Assembly (NCBI GenBank): GCA_945861775.1
Contig: CAMAVT010000003.1
Span: forward strand, 1-42,159
Source of the DNA: Bifidobacterium breve
GTDB lineage: Bacteria; Actinomycetota; Actinomycetes; S36-B12
Direction of reading: 5' to 3'
Length of the DNA stretch: 42,159 bases
The notes under the pieces are model-generated. The model searched no databases, was not told where the DNA came from, and worked only from the letters and a program-made list of their open reading frames with translations. Below are positions 18,208 through 27,492 of this stretch, piece by piece. Position 1 is the stretch's first letter, and each line of letters begins with the position of its first letter. The translations under genes and the position numbers were made by a program.

Positions 18208-19403
18208 GCGCAGGTAATCTCCGTCAGCTGCGAAAGAAATCGCAGGTGTACAGCTACCCCAATTGATAAATGATCCGTTGATCGACGCGGTCCTTGCTCA
18301 AACACCGATCGCGCACTCAAGTTCACACATGCACCTCGATAGTGATTGAACGCCAACCACTGCTCCCACTGTTGCGCTGTGTATTCAATTCCGGCAACTT
18401 TTGCCAAGCGGGCTTTCCATGAGTCTGCATCCATGATTCGTCGCCCTCTAATGAGTGCAAGATAAGCCCAATCTTCTGCCGCATCTCCAACGTGGGCAAA
18501 CTCCCAGTCGATTGTGGTTAACCCTCGCTCAGGATCAAATAATGCATTGCCGGGACCAGCATCACCGTGCACAATTACTGAAGGACCCGTGGGTTTCAAG
18601 TGCTCATGCAGCCACTCTGCTCCATGTTCAATCAACGGGGACTCAGGGGCGTACTTGCGGTACATGGTTCGCCAGTACTCAATGTTGTCGTGGACAACGC
18701 TCTCCGCACTTCGATTCGATGCATCGAGTACGCCAACGGTGACCTGGTGTAGTTCGGCAACGGAAGCAATGATGTCGTCAAGACCTTGGTCATCAAGTCG
18801 TACAACACCAGGAACCGCCTCCATGATGAAAAACGGTTGGCCTAAAACAACTCCACTTTCTTCGACCGCAAGGACTTCAGGAACGGCATGGCCAACCGCA
18901 TGGAGAGCATGCATTGCTTTCACCTCGGTGACGGTGTCGGTGCCAAACATCCCACCTTGTTCGATTCTCACGATAACGGATTTTGGGACACCGTCGATGA
19001 TCAGATTTACCCGCCACATGTGGCGCGAGAATCCGCCACCGATCACTTCTGCGTCCACGACGCTCACTTCTGCACCCCTTTGTTGGGCAAACCATGCAGC
19101 TACCGCACCAACTTCGGCCGGTGGGACAGGTACTACCGAATGTACGATGCTGGTGTCATGGCTGGTAAATGCACCCATCAAGGGTGCCGCTTCAACAACG
19201 TCACTTGCTAGCCATTCGTTAAGTTCTGTCACCGAAACTGCTTCAGAAGCAAGCCGCAATCGTCGCGATGGCCAAGGATCCTGGCCTCGGTTATTCACGT
19301 ATTCGGCGACCGCTGCCCACTGTGCGGCGGAGCCCAATGTGGAGTCTGATTCGCCATCTGTGATTGCCTGTCGAATGAGTGCTTCGTCGATCCAGTCCTG
19401 CAT
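18204..19403 (-). CDS. APH-family phosphotransferase (ACAD10/11- or LvaA-like) with an N-terminal extension
   Basis: GGGFSR, LG.PFFIME.VPG, HGDAGPGN, IDWEFAH.GD.AED. Confidence 0.85.
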   Translation of the reverse strand: MQDWIDEALIRQAITDGESDSTLGSAAQWAAVAEYVNNRGQDPWPSRRLRLASEAVSVTELNEWLASDVVEAAPLMGAFTSHDTSIVHSVVPVPPAEVGAVAAWFAQQRGAEVSVVDAEVIGGGFSRHMWRVNLIIDGVPKSVIVRIEQGGMFGTDTVTEVKAMHALHAVGHAVPEVLAVEESGVVLGQPFFIMEAVPGVVRLDDQGLDDIIASVAELHQVTVGVLDASNRSAESVVHDNIEYWRTMYRKYAPESPLIEHGAEWLHEHLKPTGPSVIVHGDAGPGNALFDPERGLTTIDWEFAHVGDAAEDWAYLALIRGRRIMDADSWKARLAKVAGIEYTAQQWEQWLAFNHYRGACVNLSARSVFEQGPRRSTDHLSIGVAVHLRFLSQLTEITCA

Positions 19404-20404
19404 CAGCGTCCTCGCACCGCATCCGCGATCTTTGCCTCAAGTGCAAAGTCGTAGCCGGCTCCCCACACTGGATCTGAGAGTTGATCCGGTGCGTCAACTA
19501 ACGGTGTTGTGCAGAACCAGTCGTAGGTTTGCATATATCCGTCACGGAATCCGCGCTCTGTTGTGAGGCCGAGTGATGCGGATTTGGCGACCGAAAGAAT
19601 GCCATGGTGCTTCACCCCGAAAAGGTGACCGTAAATGGGTTTTTCTTGGGTGAAGTCGGTCGGGAGAACAACAATGTCGGGTTCAACACCCACGATTTGC
19701 GCGAGGGTTTCGGTGAATGCCCGAGCTGATGCACCTTCACCGGTGATGTTAATGATTTCTCCGCGCACCGCAGGGAGCTCGGCCATCTCTAGCAAATTTC
19801 GGCATAGGTCATCGACGTGACCGTAACTCGTTGTGACCAGGCCTTCATGGGGCAGGAGCACGGGGAGCCCTCGGCGTAGCCGAAGAAACATTGCAGTCTC
19901 CATGTCGTGGATGTTGTTTTCCGGTCCGTAGATCGCGGCCGGTCGCGCAATTGAGCCAGGGAATCCCGTGCTCGCAAAGCGCCCGAGAATGGAACGCTCA
20001 GCATGTGCTTTGAATCCACCGTACGTGGTGATCGGGTCACTCGTTTGCGCCTTAGTTTCGGTCCACGGCATTACGCCGGTGGGTTCGTAGGCCATAATCG
20101 ATGAAACGAAAACATATGCTCCGACACTGCCATCGAGCATGGCGAGAAGTTCCTCGAACTCGCCACCGCCTGCGGCCATAACGAACCCGGAGACATCGAT
20201 CACCGCATCCCATTGGGTGCCGTCTAGGGCTGCTCGCATGGATTCCGTGCTCGTTCGGTCACCCACCAGCCGCTCGACACCGGGAGGCAGGTCACCTGAT
20301 GTCTTTCCACGATTTAAGACCGTGGTCTGATGCCCCTCCCGAATGAGTAAATCCACCATCCGGCGCCCGACAAAGGTGCCACCGCCCAAGACAAGAATTT
20401 TCAT
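19403..20404 (-). CDS. Extended SDR / NAD-dependent epimerase-dehydratase family protein
   Basis: MKILVLGGGTFVG, NRG, YGGFK, RPAAIYGP, HVDDL. ATG 20404 has a TAAGGT -10 at 20412-20417. Confidence 0.85.
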   Translation of the reverse strand: MKILVLGGGTFVGRRMVDLLIREGHQTTVLNRGKTSGDLPPGVERLVGDRTSTESMRAALDGTQWDAVIDVSGFVMAAGGGEFEELLAMLDGSVGAYVFVSSIMAYEPTGVMPWTETKAQTSDPITTYGGFKAHAERSILGRFASTGFPGSIARPAAIYGPENNIHDMETAMFLRLRRGLPVLLPHEGLVTTSYGHVDDLCRNLLEMAELPAVRGEIINITGEGASARAFTETLAQIVGVEPDIVVLPTDFTQEKPIYGHLFGVKHHGILSVAKSASLGLTTERGFRDGYMQTYDWFCTTPLVDAPDQLSDPVWGAGYDFALEAKIADAVRGR

Positions 20405-20464
20405 GCCCCCGACCTTACAGGACATTTTGTCTCACAGTCATTCGGTGTGCGATATCATCCCGTT

Positions 20465-21592
20465 ATGACAAATTCCGGCCCACTGACGAAGATGGATGAA
20501 TACCCGCGGCATCAGATTGGTGGCACCTTTGACAGTGTTCAAAGTGACTCGGTCCATTGGAATGATGGCTTCTACTTCACTCTAGGCGACGAAGCAACCG
20601 GTACGACTCTATTCGCTGCGATCCGGCTCTATCCCAACACCGACGTGATGGATGGCTTTGCCTGCGTGACTTTTGACGGGCGCCAGCACAACATGCGTGT
20701 CTCACGCCGCCTACGTCCGCGAATCGACGACATCAGTGTTGGGCCACTATCACTGACCATTATTGAACCACTCCAAACTTTGAAGTTGGAGTGCGTGGAC
20801 AACGAATATGGAATTACATTTGACCTTCTGTGGGAGGGTCTCCACCAGCCTTACCTTGAAGATCGAATTGTTCGCTATGCCGGTGGCCGCAAAGTTTATG
20901 ATCGCACGAACTTTGATCAATGCTGCTCAGTCACAGGGACGATTTCAGTAAAGGGTCACGCTTTCAACGTTAATGCCGACACGTGGGTTGGGGTTCGCGA
21001 CCATTCGTGGGGCATGGGCCGCACCGGTGGTGCCTCATCCAGTGCAATCGCTCCCGAGCATTCGCGCGACCCTCGCCGCGGATTCGCGATGCGCCAGTGG
21101 ACCATGGTGCGAATGCCTGATCGCGTTATGTTCTGGCAGTTTCACTTGCAAGCCGATGGAAGTTTTGATCCGTTGGAGGCTGTCGTGATTCCCTTAGATC
21201 CGAGTCAACCGCAATGGTCCTATGTGGATGCTGAAGCGAGCGCGGTGCGAGTTCAGGGGTTACCGCGCGCCGAAGCAACCCACGTGAACCTAACCCGTCC
21301 CGATGGAAGGGTTGATCGGTTCGAACTCACTTCGGTGAGTTCACCCGTGTACTTGCAAGGCGGTGGTTACCATGACGGTTTCACCGACCGACTGGGCCGC
21401 GGCGTGTTCCGGGGGGAAGATGTCCACGAAGGTGAAGTCTGGGATGTAACGCACCCAATCGACGTTGGCGATCCGGGCGGCTGGTTCCGACAACGGCCCG
21501 ATGCGTGGGCTGAACAATTTGCGACCTGCGTCAACCTTGACGACCCCACCGATCGTGGATTCGGTCACCTGGAATGCGTCCTGGCGCCATGA
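20465..21592 (+). CDS. Uncharacterised beta-rich protein (AttH/tocopherol-cyclase/lipocalin-like fold inferred)
   Basis: DEYP.HQ, W.D.FYF, YPN..V.D and RDHSWG motifs. ATG 20465 has a TATCAT -10 at 20453-20458. Confidence 0.65.
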   Translation: MTNSGPLTKMDEYPRHQIGGTFDSVQSDSVHWNDGFYFTLGDEATGTTLFAAIRLYPNTDVMDGFACVTFDGRQHNMRVSRRLRPRIDDISVGPLSLTIIEPLQTLKLECVDNEYGITFDLLWEGLHQPYLEDRIVRYAGGRKVYDRTNFDQCCSVTGTISVKGHAFNVNADTWVGVRDHSWGMGRTGGASSSAIAPEHSRDPRRGFAMRQWTMVRMPDRVMFWQFHLQADGSFDPLEAVVIPLDPSQPQWSYVDAEASAVRVQGLPRAEATHVNLTRPDGRVDRFELTSVSSPVYLQGGGYHDGFTDRLGRGVFRGEDVHEGEVWDVTHPIDVGDPGGWFRQRPDAWAEQFATCVNLDDPTDRGFGHLECVLAP

Positions 21593-22092
21593 GCGAGCAA
21601 GAGGTCGCGCGACTGATCGATGAAAGCAATCTTCGGGCTTTATCGGCCACTTACATGCGCGGACTGGATCGACTTGATTCGAAACTTCTACGCGCAGTTT
21701 TTGCCGATAGCGCCACCACCCACTACGGCGCTTTCACTGGAGCCCCCGATGAGATGGTGGCAATGGCCATGAATGCCTTGGGTGCTTACCGCACAACCCA
21801 GCATTTTCTGGGACAGATCCACCTGTCAATTGATGGGGACGCAGCCACCGGTGAGGTGTACTTTCAAGCTTTTCACCAACATGCCACGGAGAACTTTGAC
21901 CGATTTATCTGCGGACGTTATATCGATCGGTACGCGCGCCTAGATGGTTCCTGGTTCATCACCCACCGCACCGAGGTAGTGGACTGGACCCGCACGGAAC
22001 CCACCGCCGAGAACTACTTCACTTCGCGTCCACAGACCGTGCGCGGTACCAGGGATAGAAGCGACCTCAGTTACCGCCCGCACGAAGCATGA
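21589..22092 (+). CDS. SnoaL_4/NTF2-like protein (LinA/BaiE-like fold)
   Basis: Y.RGLDRLD...L...F..., TQH.LGQ, GRYIDRY....G.W.I.HR. ATG 21589 overlaps the upstream TGA. Confidence 0.85.
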   Translation: MSEQEVARLIDESNLRALSATYMRGLDRLDSKLLRAVFADSATTHYGAFTGAPDEMVAMAMNALGAYRTTQHFLGQIHLSIDGDAATGEVYFQAFHQHATENFDRFICGRYIDRYARLDGSWFITHRTEVVDWTRTEPTAENYFTSRPQTVRGTRDRSDLSYRPHEA

Positions 22093-22112
22093 ACTAATTA
22101 TCCCGCTGGGAT

Positions 22113-22913
22113 TTAGGCTTCGATCGGGTAAAACTTCTGAGCTCGGTCCGAAAGGGTTTCTTTACCCGCATCGACGACGAGCACGGCACCGTTCATGAAC
22201 TCAGACTCGTCACTAGCCATGAAAAGTGCGGCATTAGCCATATCTTCGGGTTTTGGTGCCCGACCGCCAACATATTTTGAGGACAGCCGTTCATAGGCTC
22301 CTTCGAGATTGTCAGGGTCGCCGGTCACAACGCCAGCGGTCAGGGATGACAGCGTGGCACCCGGACACAGGGCGTTCACCCGGACCCGGTGCGGGGCGGC
22401 TTCTACCGCGACCGACTTCGTGAGTCCGATTACCCCGTGCTTTGCGGTGGTGTACGCGTGTGCGCCGAGACCTCCCTGGACGCCGGCAGTGCTCGAAATA
22501 TTAATGATTGATCCCGACCGCTGCTTCCGCATTATGGGGAATGCATGTTTGGTTCCTAGGAAAACCCCGGTCTGCAGAATCGCGATTGTGCGCTCCCAGT
22601 CAGCCAAGTCGGTTGACTCAATTGAACCGGTGACACCAACGACACCGGCGTTGTTGATCATTACGTCAAGTGAACCAAAGTTCGTGATGCAGGCGCTAAT
22701 CGCAGAGACGATGTCACTTTCACGTGTCACATCTGTTCGAATGAAGAGGACGGAGTCGCCCAGTTCAGCGACTAGTTTTTCTCCCGCCACGACATCAATG
22801 TCAGCGATGACGCATTGAGCGCCTTCGGCAACAAATCGTCGAACGATTCCTTCACCAATTCCACGTGCTCCGCCCGTGACAACAGCTGCTTTGCCAGCAA
22901 GTCGATTCATCAA
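22113..22913 (-). CDS. Classical SDR oxidoreductase (hydroxysteroid-dehydrogenase-like)
   Basis: TGGARGIG, ADID (NAD preference), NNAG, YTTAK, RVNALCPG. Confidence 0.9.
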   Translation of the reverse strand: MMNRLAGKAAVVTGGARGIGEGIVRRFVAEGAQCVIADIDVVAGEKLVAELGDSVLFIRTDVTRESDIVSAISACITNFGSLDVMINNAGVVGVTGSIESTDLADWERTIAILQTGVFLGTKHAFPIMRKQRSGSIINISSTAGVQGGLGAHAYTTAKHGVIGLTKSVAVEAAPHRVRVNALCPGATLSSLTAGVVTGDPDNLEGAYERLSSKYVGGRAPKPEDMANAALFMASDESEFMNGAVLVVDAGKETLSDRAQKFYPIEA

Positions 22914-23386
22914 TGGCCATCACTGAGGGTGAGACGTTGGAGCATGGTCAACGTTGACTCGTCTCGACCCACTGCGCCAGCCGCAATGATCTCTCGGGTT
23001 TTCATCTTCCAACCCTCAGGACTTTTGTACCAAGTGTCCACATATCGCCCATGCAGCGTCCATTCCTTACCTTGGGGATCGCGATGCCACGCCGTGACCA
23101 CACTCTCCGTGTTTGCACTGTCGGTACTTGTGAAAGTGATGGAGATGTTGGTCACCACATGGGATGTCTGCACATATCGCCGATACGCGCTCTCCCAGGC
23201 CGCACGCAATGCGTCATGACCTTCAAGCCAAACACCCCCACTGAAGTTCACCCGGCAATCAGGATGGAACACGGTTAATTGTGTTTCAATGTCAGCCATA
23301 TCAGCTGCTTTGGCGTATCGGAACATCAATTGTTCGATATCAAAGCGATCGGGGATTCGTAATCCATCCAGGCGGGCGCTGCTCAT
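22910..23386 (-). CDS. SnoaL_4/NTF2-like protein
   Basis: DR..IEQL..RYA.A.D, T.H.VTN, GRY.D.......GWK...R; GAAGGA RBS. Confidence 0.85.
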   Translation of the reverse strand: MSSARLDGLRIPDRFDIEQLMFRYAKAADMADIETQLTVFHPDCRVNFSGGVWLEGHDALRAAWESAYRRYVQTSHVVTNISITFTSTDSANTESVVTAWHRDPQGKEWTLHGRYVDTWYKSPEGWKMKTREIIAAGAVGRDESTLTMLQRLTLSDGH

Positions 23387-23416
23387 ATTTCCTTCTTTCA
23401 GTGGTTGAGTCGAGTT

Positions 23417-24256
23417 TTAGTCTGGGCGAACGGCGGTAAGGACCGAGTCCAAGCCCTCGGCGATTTGGCGGGCGGTGAGGAATGGATCCTGCGCCTTTAG
23501 TTCGGTTGAAATAACCTCAATGGAGAAAGTGGAATCTGCACGGTGCGCATTTCGTTCTCGGAAAAGTCCGACTAGGTCAAACTCCCCCAATCCTGGGATT
23601 CTTCGATTGCGCAGACAATCCTCGCGAAGATCTTCAGGGTATTCGCATACAAGTGTTCCATCGTTGATCTGAAGTGTTGAAATATATGGCCATAGGTCAT
23701 CAAGATGGGATAACGGTAAATCATTGCGATACAGGTGCCAGATATCTAGGCACATCGAGAGATTAGGTCGATCTGCTAAACGGATTATCGATGCAGCGTC
23801 TGCGGGGGTCTTCATATTTGTGAATGGCAATGGTTCCAGAACTACATCAACATTCCATTGCGCGAATCGGTCAGCCACCCGACCAGCTCGAAGGGCAGCC
23901 TGCGTCTCCGTTTCGCTGTAGGGCCCAACGGCCTGCAATCGATCTGGTCGCAAGTGCTCGGCCAGTAAGGCTGCAAGGTCTTCGAGCGGGTCAGTTTCCT
24001 CGCCCATAACGCGAATGGCCTCGAGTTCGGCAACACGCACACCGAACTGATCGAGTTTGTGATCCAGTTCAGCGAGGTCATAGGTTTGCAGCCACTGTTT
24101 CATCCAACGAACGCTGAGTCCAACATCGACGAAACCAGCATCGCGGGCTGCCTCGAAACGCGTTTCCATCGGTACTTCGGCAATACAGTTGAACGAGAAA
24201 GTGAAGTCGGCAACGACCGGGGCGCTAATCCGTGAACTAATTACCGGCGAGGTCAC
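23417..24256 (-). CDS. Sugar phosphate isomerase/epimerase (xylose-isomerase-like TIM barrel)
   Basis: Metal-ligand motifs LEPLPF, LDIWH, LQINDG, R..PG.GEFDL, IEVIS. GTG 24256 follows GAGGG. Confidence 0.82.
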   Translation of the reverse strand: MTSPVISSRISAPVVADFTFSFNCIAEVPMETRFEAARDAGFVDVGLSVRWMKQWLQTYDLAELDHKLDQFGVRVAELEAIRVMGEETDPLEDLAALLAEHLRPDRLQAVGPYSETETQAALRAGRVADRFAQWNVDVVLEPLPFTNMKTPADAASIIRLADRPNLSMCLDIWHLYRNDLPLSHLDDLWPYISTLQINDGTLVCEYPEDLREDCLRNRRIPGLGEFDLVGLFRERNAHRADSTFSIEVISTELKAQDPFLTARQIAEGLDSVLTAVRPD

Positions 24257-25391
24257 GAGCAATACCCTCGTCGATCAGTCTTTGAATTTGGTGGTGAAAG
24301 GCTGGGATTTTGCATTCGCGGTCGTTGAAGAGGTTTCTCTTATAAAAAGATGAACGCGAAGTCGCAGCAATGTCTTCCCACGTCCAAACATCCTCGCCAA
24401 CAACGATTTTCAGGTGGTCCCAGTGTCGCTGCGTGCGATCAAGGTAATCCTGATCATCAGTCTTGTACCAGAGGTCCCAGGTTTCAAAACGAGTCTTGTC
24501 ATGGGTAATGGGAACTGCGCGGAAAAGTTGCAGATGCTCGGGGTTGTTGTTGAACACCGATGTCGGGAAGATCGTGTAATGGCAGATTGCCACCGATTGG
24601 TGATCCTGCGTCTCTTGCAATTTTGACAGCGTTCCCTTCAATGGCACAACCATCATGGAATGTCGTTCGAACTCAAAAATGCGCATCTCACGACCATCTT
24701 TTACATCTTGCGGTGGAATATGGTGCAGTGCTTGCGCGTGATAAAACTCGTTGAATGCGTCGACGACTACTTTCCAGTTGACATCAACGTCCCATGTCAT
24801 TTTCTCATTAAGGTACATGTCTTCCATGTGGTACGCACCAAGGTCCGCGATGATGTCTTCGCCGAGGTACTCCATCAGTGGCGGTGCAACTCCGGGGCCA
24901 GCGAGCACACCCCACACCCAACCGGCCCATTCGGCAACTTCGATCTTGGGAGCTGCCAAGTCGCGAAGTTCTTCGGGGTCAAAATCTTCACTGTCGGGGA
25001 CACCGATTACCTTGCCGTCAAAGTCATAAGCCCAGCCATGCCATGCACACTTGAATCGACGTGCACACTCGCCCGATTCGCGCACGATGCGAGCACCTCG
25101 ATGCTGACACACATTATGAAAACCAGTTACCGAGCCGTCATTTTTACGGGTGATAACAACCGTCTCACCCTGTCCCTCCCAGACGACATGGTCGCCGGTG
25201 TTCACGAGTTCTTCGGACCTACAGAGAATTTGCCAGCTGTTGTTCAGAACGTATTTGCGCTCGAGTTCGAAGCGATACGGATCGGTGTACCAATCGGCGG
25301 GAATAGTCTCGGACTTTCCTGGAGTATTGGGGATCTCCGGTGCAAATCGAATTGGGGCATCACCGCGGGTGGGTGGGGTGAATATGGTCAT
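24237..25391 (-). CDS. Rieske non-heme iron oxygenase alpha subunit (1)
   Basis: NVCQHRG...CAWHGW; NWK...DAFNEFYH...LH; C-terminal GED iron ligand. Confidence 0.92.
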   Translation of the reverse strand: MTIFTPPTRGDAPIRFAPEIPNTPGKSETIPADWYTDPYRFELERKYVLNNSWQILCRSEELVNTGDHVVWEGQGETVVITRKNDGSVTGFHNVCQHRGARIVRESGECARRFKCAWHGWAYDFDGKVIGVPDSEDFDPEELRDLAAPKIEVAEWAGWVWGVLAGPGVAPPLMEYLGEDIIADLGAYHMEDMYLNEKMTWDVDVNWKVVVDAFNEFYHAQALHHIPPQDVKDGREMRIFEFERHSMMVVPLKGTLSKLQETQDHQSVAICHYTIFPTSVFNNNPEHLQLFRAVPITHDKTRFETWDLWYKTDDQDYLDRTQRHWDHLKIVVGEDVWTWEDIAATSRSSFYKRNLFNDRECKIPAFHHQIQRLIDEGIARDLAGN

Positions 25392-25423
25392 GAGCCGTTC
25401 CTTTCACAGCGAGCGAAGCCCTA

Positions 25424-25457
25424 ACCCTACACTTGTCTAGACAACTTCCACAAGTGT
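25424..25457 (-). promoter_or_regulatory. Promoter of Rieske gene 1 with palindromic operator TTGTCTAGACAA
   Basis: -10 TAGGGT at 25424-25429, palindrome at 25433-25444, TTGTGG at 25448-25453. Additional inverted repeat ACACTTGT (25429-25436) / ACAAGTGT (25450-25457). Confidence 0.72.
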
Positions 25458-25486
25458 TTAAGGGAATCAACTTCTAGGAATTCGAG

Positions 25487-26443
25487 CTAAATATCGAGGA
25501 CCAGTCGGTCACCCTTGCAGCGTGAGACACAGGGCATCATGTAGACGCCTTCCTCACGATCCTCTTCCGAGAGGATCGAGTCCCGGTGGGCAATATCTCC
25601 CGAGATCACCTTGGTCTCGCACGTTCCGCAAACACCCTCGGTGCACGAGGTCATCACGGGAACTCCATTATCAATGAGTACCTCGACAATGCTCCGGTCG
25701 CGAGGAATCACAAACTCCGCTCCAGAACTGTTCAACACGACGGTGAATTCATGGTCACCCGAATCACCCGTGGTGTCGATCGGTTTAGCGGCAAAGCGTT
25801 CAACGTATGGAGTTGGCCGGCCAAGTCGTTCGCAGGCTTGTTCAACAGCTGAAATGAGTGGCTCGGGGCCACAGCAGTACACCGCGGTATCTGGTGCCGC
25901 TTTGCTTAAAATGTCATCGAGTGGCAGCAGTCCCTTTTCGTCTTGCGGCCATATAACAACACCGAGCGCTTCAAGGCGATCCCGAAAAGCCATTGAATTT
26001 CGGGTGCGGCCACCGTAATAAAACGTCCACGGCGCGTCTTTGTCGAAGATAACTTGGCCGAGCATCGGGACCATTGGTGTTACTCCAACACCACCTGCAA
26101 TGAAAAGATAGGAAGGCGCATCAACCAATGGGAAATGGTTTCGCGGTCCACGTGTGCGAACGTGGTCTCCAACATTGATGTTGTCATGGACAAATGAAGA
26201 TCCACCGCGACCATCAGGCTCACGCAGTACAGCAATCCGCCACGTGTCGGCGCCAAAATGACTACACAATGAATACTGACGTTCAATCCCGTTACCGAGT
26301 TGTACATCGATATGGGCACCGGGTTCCCAACTGGGAAGCTTCTCACCGCTAGGAGCGCCTACCCGGATGGAAACAACGCCATCGGCTTCTTCAACCCGCT
26401 CGATGACAACCAGATCTCGGTACTCCTCGTAAACATAAGACAT
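25487..26443 (-). CDS. PDR/VanB family FMN-[2Fe-2S] reductase
   Basis: W.PGAHID, RQYSL, GRGGS, AGGVGVTP, YCCGP, CTEGVCGTC...C. ATG 26443 has a TACCCT -10 at 26450-26455. Confidence 0.93.
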   Translation of the reverse strand: MSYVYEEYRDLVVIERVEEADGVVSIRVGAPSGEKLPSWEPGAHIDVQLGNGIERQYSLCSHFGADTWRIAVLREPDGRGGSSFVHDNINVGDHVRTRGPRNHFPLVDAPSYLFIAGGVGVTPMVPMLGQVIFDKDAPWTFYYGGRTRNSMAFRDRLEALGVVIWPQDEKGLLPLDDILSKAAPDTAVYCCGPEPLISAVEQACERLGRPTPYVERFAAKPIDTTGDSGDHEFTVVLNSSGAEFVIPRDRSIVEVLIDNGVPVMTSCTEGVCGTCETKVISGDIAHRDSILSEEDREEGVYMMPCVSRCKGDRLVLDI

Positions 26444-26521
26444 GCCTTCAGGGTATCGGAGCCCACGAACCACGCAACAATTACCACCGCACTGATGTTG
26501 CCGATATTTGTGCCAAGAAAC

Positions 26522-26563
26522 ACAACATCGCCTGCACTCGCAAAGGAGTGCAGGCGATGTTGT
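26522..26563 (-). terminator. Intrinsic terminator after the SDR
   Basis: 18-bp perfect stem ACAACATCGCCTGCACTC / GAGTGCAGGCGATGTTGT, followed by GTTTCTT on the minus strand, about 10 nt past the stop. Confidence 0.85.
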
Positions 26564-26573
26564 TAGTTAATTA

Positions 26574-27359
26574 CTAGAACGCGGCCGAACCACCGTCAAC
26601 GTTGTAGGTGGCGCCGGTCATGCCGTTACCCAATGGACCAGCGAGAAGAACCGCCATGCCGGCAACCTGCTCAACCGTTTGCAATTCCTTGGTGAGGCAA
26701 TCATTAGCGAAGTCCTCAAGGAATGCTTCGTAAGTGATGCCCGATGCTTCGGCAACCTGTGCACCTGCATCTTTCATCAGTTCCGTCTCAATTGGGCCAG
26801 GACAGATTGCGTTGCACGTGACACCACTTGTGCCGTACTCCACCGCGGTCGCCTTTGAGAGGCCGATCATGGCGTGCTTGCCGGCGATGTAGTGACTCAC
26901 GGCAACCTTTGAAGCGACCTTGCCTTCGATTGAAGCGATGTTGATGATCCGGCCGTAACCGGCAGGCAACATGTACTTCAGTGCGCGACGAGTGCCCCAA
27001 AATGCAGTGCTGGCATTCCACTCAAGACCCTTGAGCCATGCTTCGTCGCTGAGATCCCCAATAAGCGCCCAACCATCGGAGCCACCGGCGCAGTTGACCA
27101 TGATGTCAAGCTTTCCGAACTTCTCGACCGCATAGTCCACGAGTGCGTCGACTTCGGTACGCACGAGTGCATCACATTTTTTGAAGAGCGCGCGATCACC
27201 AGCCTTCAAGCGCTCCAACGCGTAGGCGCCCTTTTCTTCGGAGCGATTACCTAAAACAACGGATGCACCTTCAGCGATAAATGCTTCGGCGATTCCAAAT
27301 CCAATGCCGGTGCTTCCGGCGGTGATTACCGCTACGCGGCCTTCGAGACTGCCACCCAT
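26574..27359 (-). CDS. Classical SDR oxidoreductase
   Basis: TAGSTGIG, NCAGG, SIEGK, YIAGK, NAICPG; AGGAG RBS. Confidence 0.9.
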   Translation of the reverse strand: MGGSLEGRVAVITAGSTGIGFGIAEAFIAEGASVVLGNRSEEKGAYALERLKAGDRALFKKCDALVRTEVDALVDYAVEKFGKLDIMVNCAGGSDGWALIGDLSDEAWLKGLEWNASTAFWGTRRALKYMLPAGYGRIINIASIEGKVASKVAVSHYIAGKHAMIGLSKATAVEYGTSGVTCNAICPGPIETELMKDAGAQVAEASGITYEAFLEDFANDCLTKELQTVEQVAGMAVLLAGPLGNGMTGATYNVDGGSAAF

Positions 27360-27380
27360 GAATTTCTCCTGCTTCTCGCG

Positions 27381-27469
27381 GACAGCCGGACGGCTGTCAC
27401 TGTTTTATTCCCCAGTTATCGGGGTCTATCTCACACCACTTACAAGTGCCTGTCAACGCAACTGGGGAA
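27381..27469 (-). promoter_or_regulatory. Structured promoter/5' region of the SDR
   Basis: TTGACA at 27451-27456 (minus strand), CACTTACAAGTG dyad at 27437-27448, 10-bp inverted repeat at 27408-27417 / 27460-27469, and hairpin GACAGCCG/CGGCTGTC at 27381-27398. Confidence 0.45.
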
Positions 27470-27492
27470 GTCGAGATGTAACCGATATCTGA

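Noticed and set aside
18514-19566. 350-aa plus-strand ORF
   Set aside because: Ser/Thr/Pro-rich antisense shadow of the APH kinase and epimerase genes, with no motifs.
24660-25424. 254-aa plus-strand ORF (likewise 33674-34432, 29943-30563, 37307-38035 and other short overlapping ORFs)
   Set aside because: Antisense shadows of well-supported genes, with no recognisable domains.
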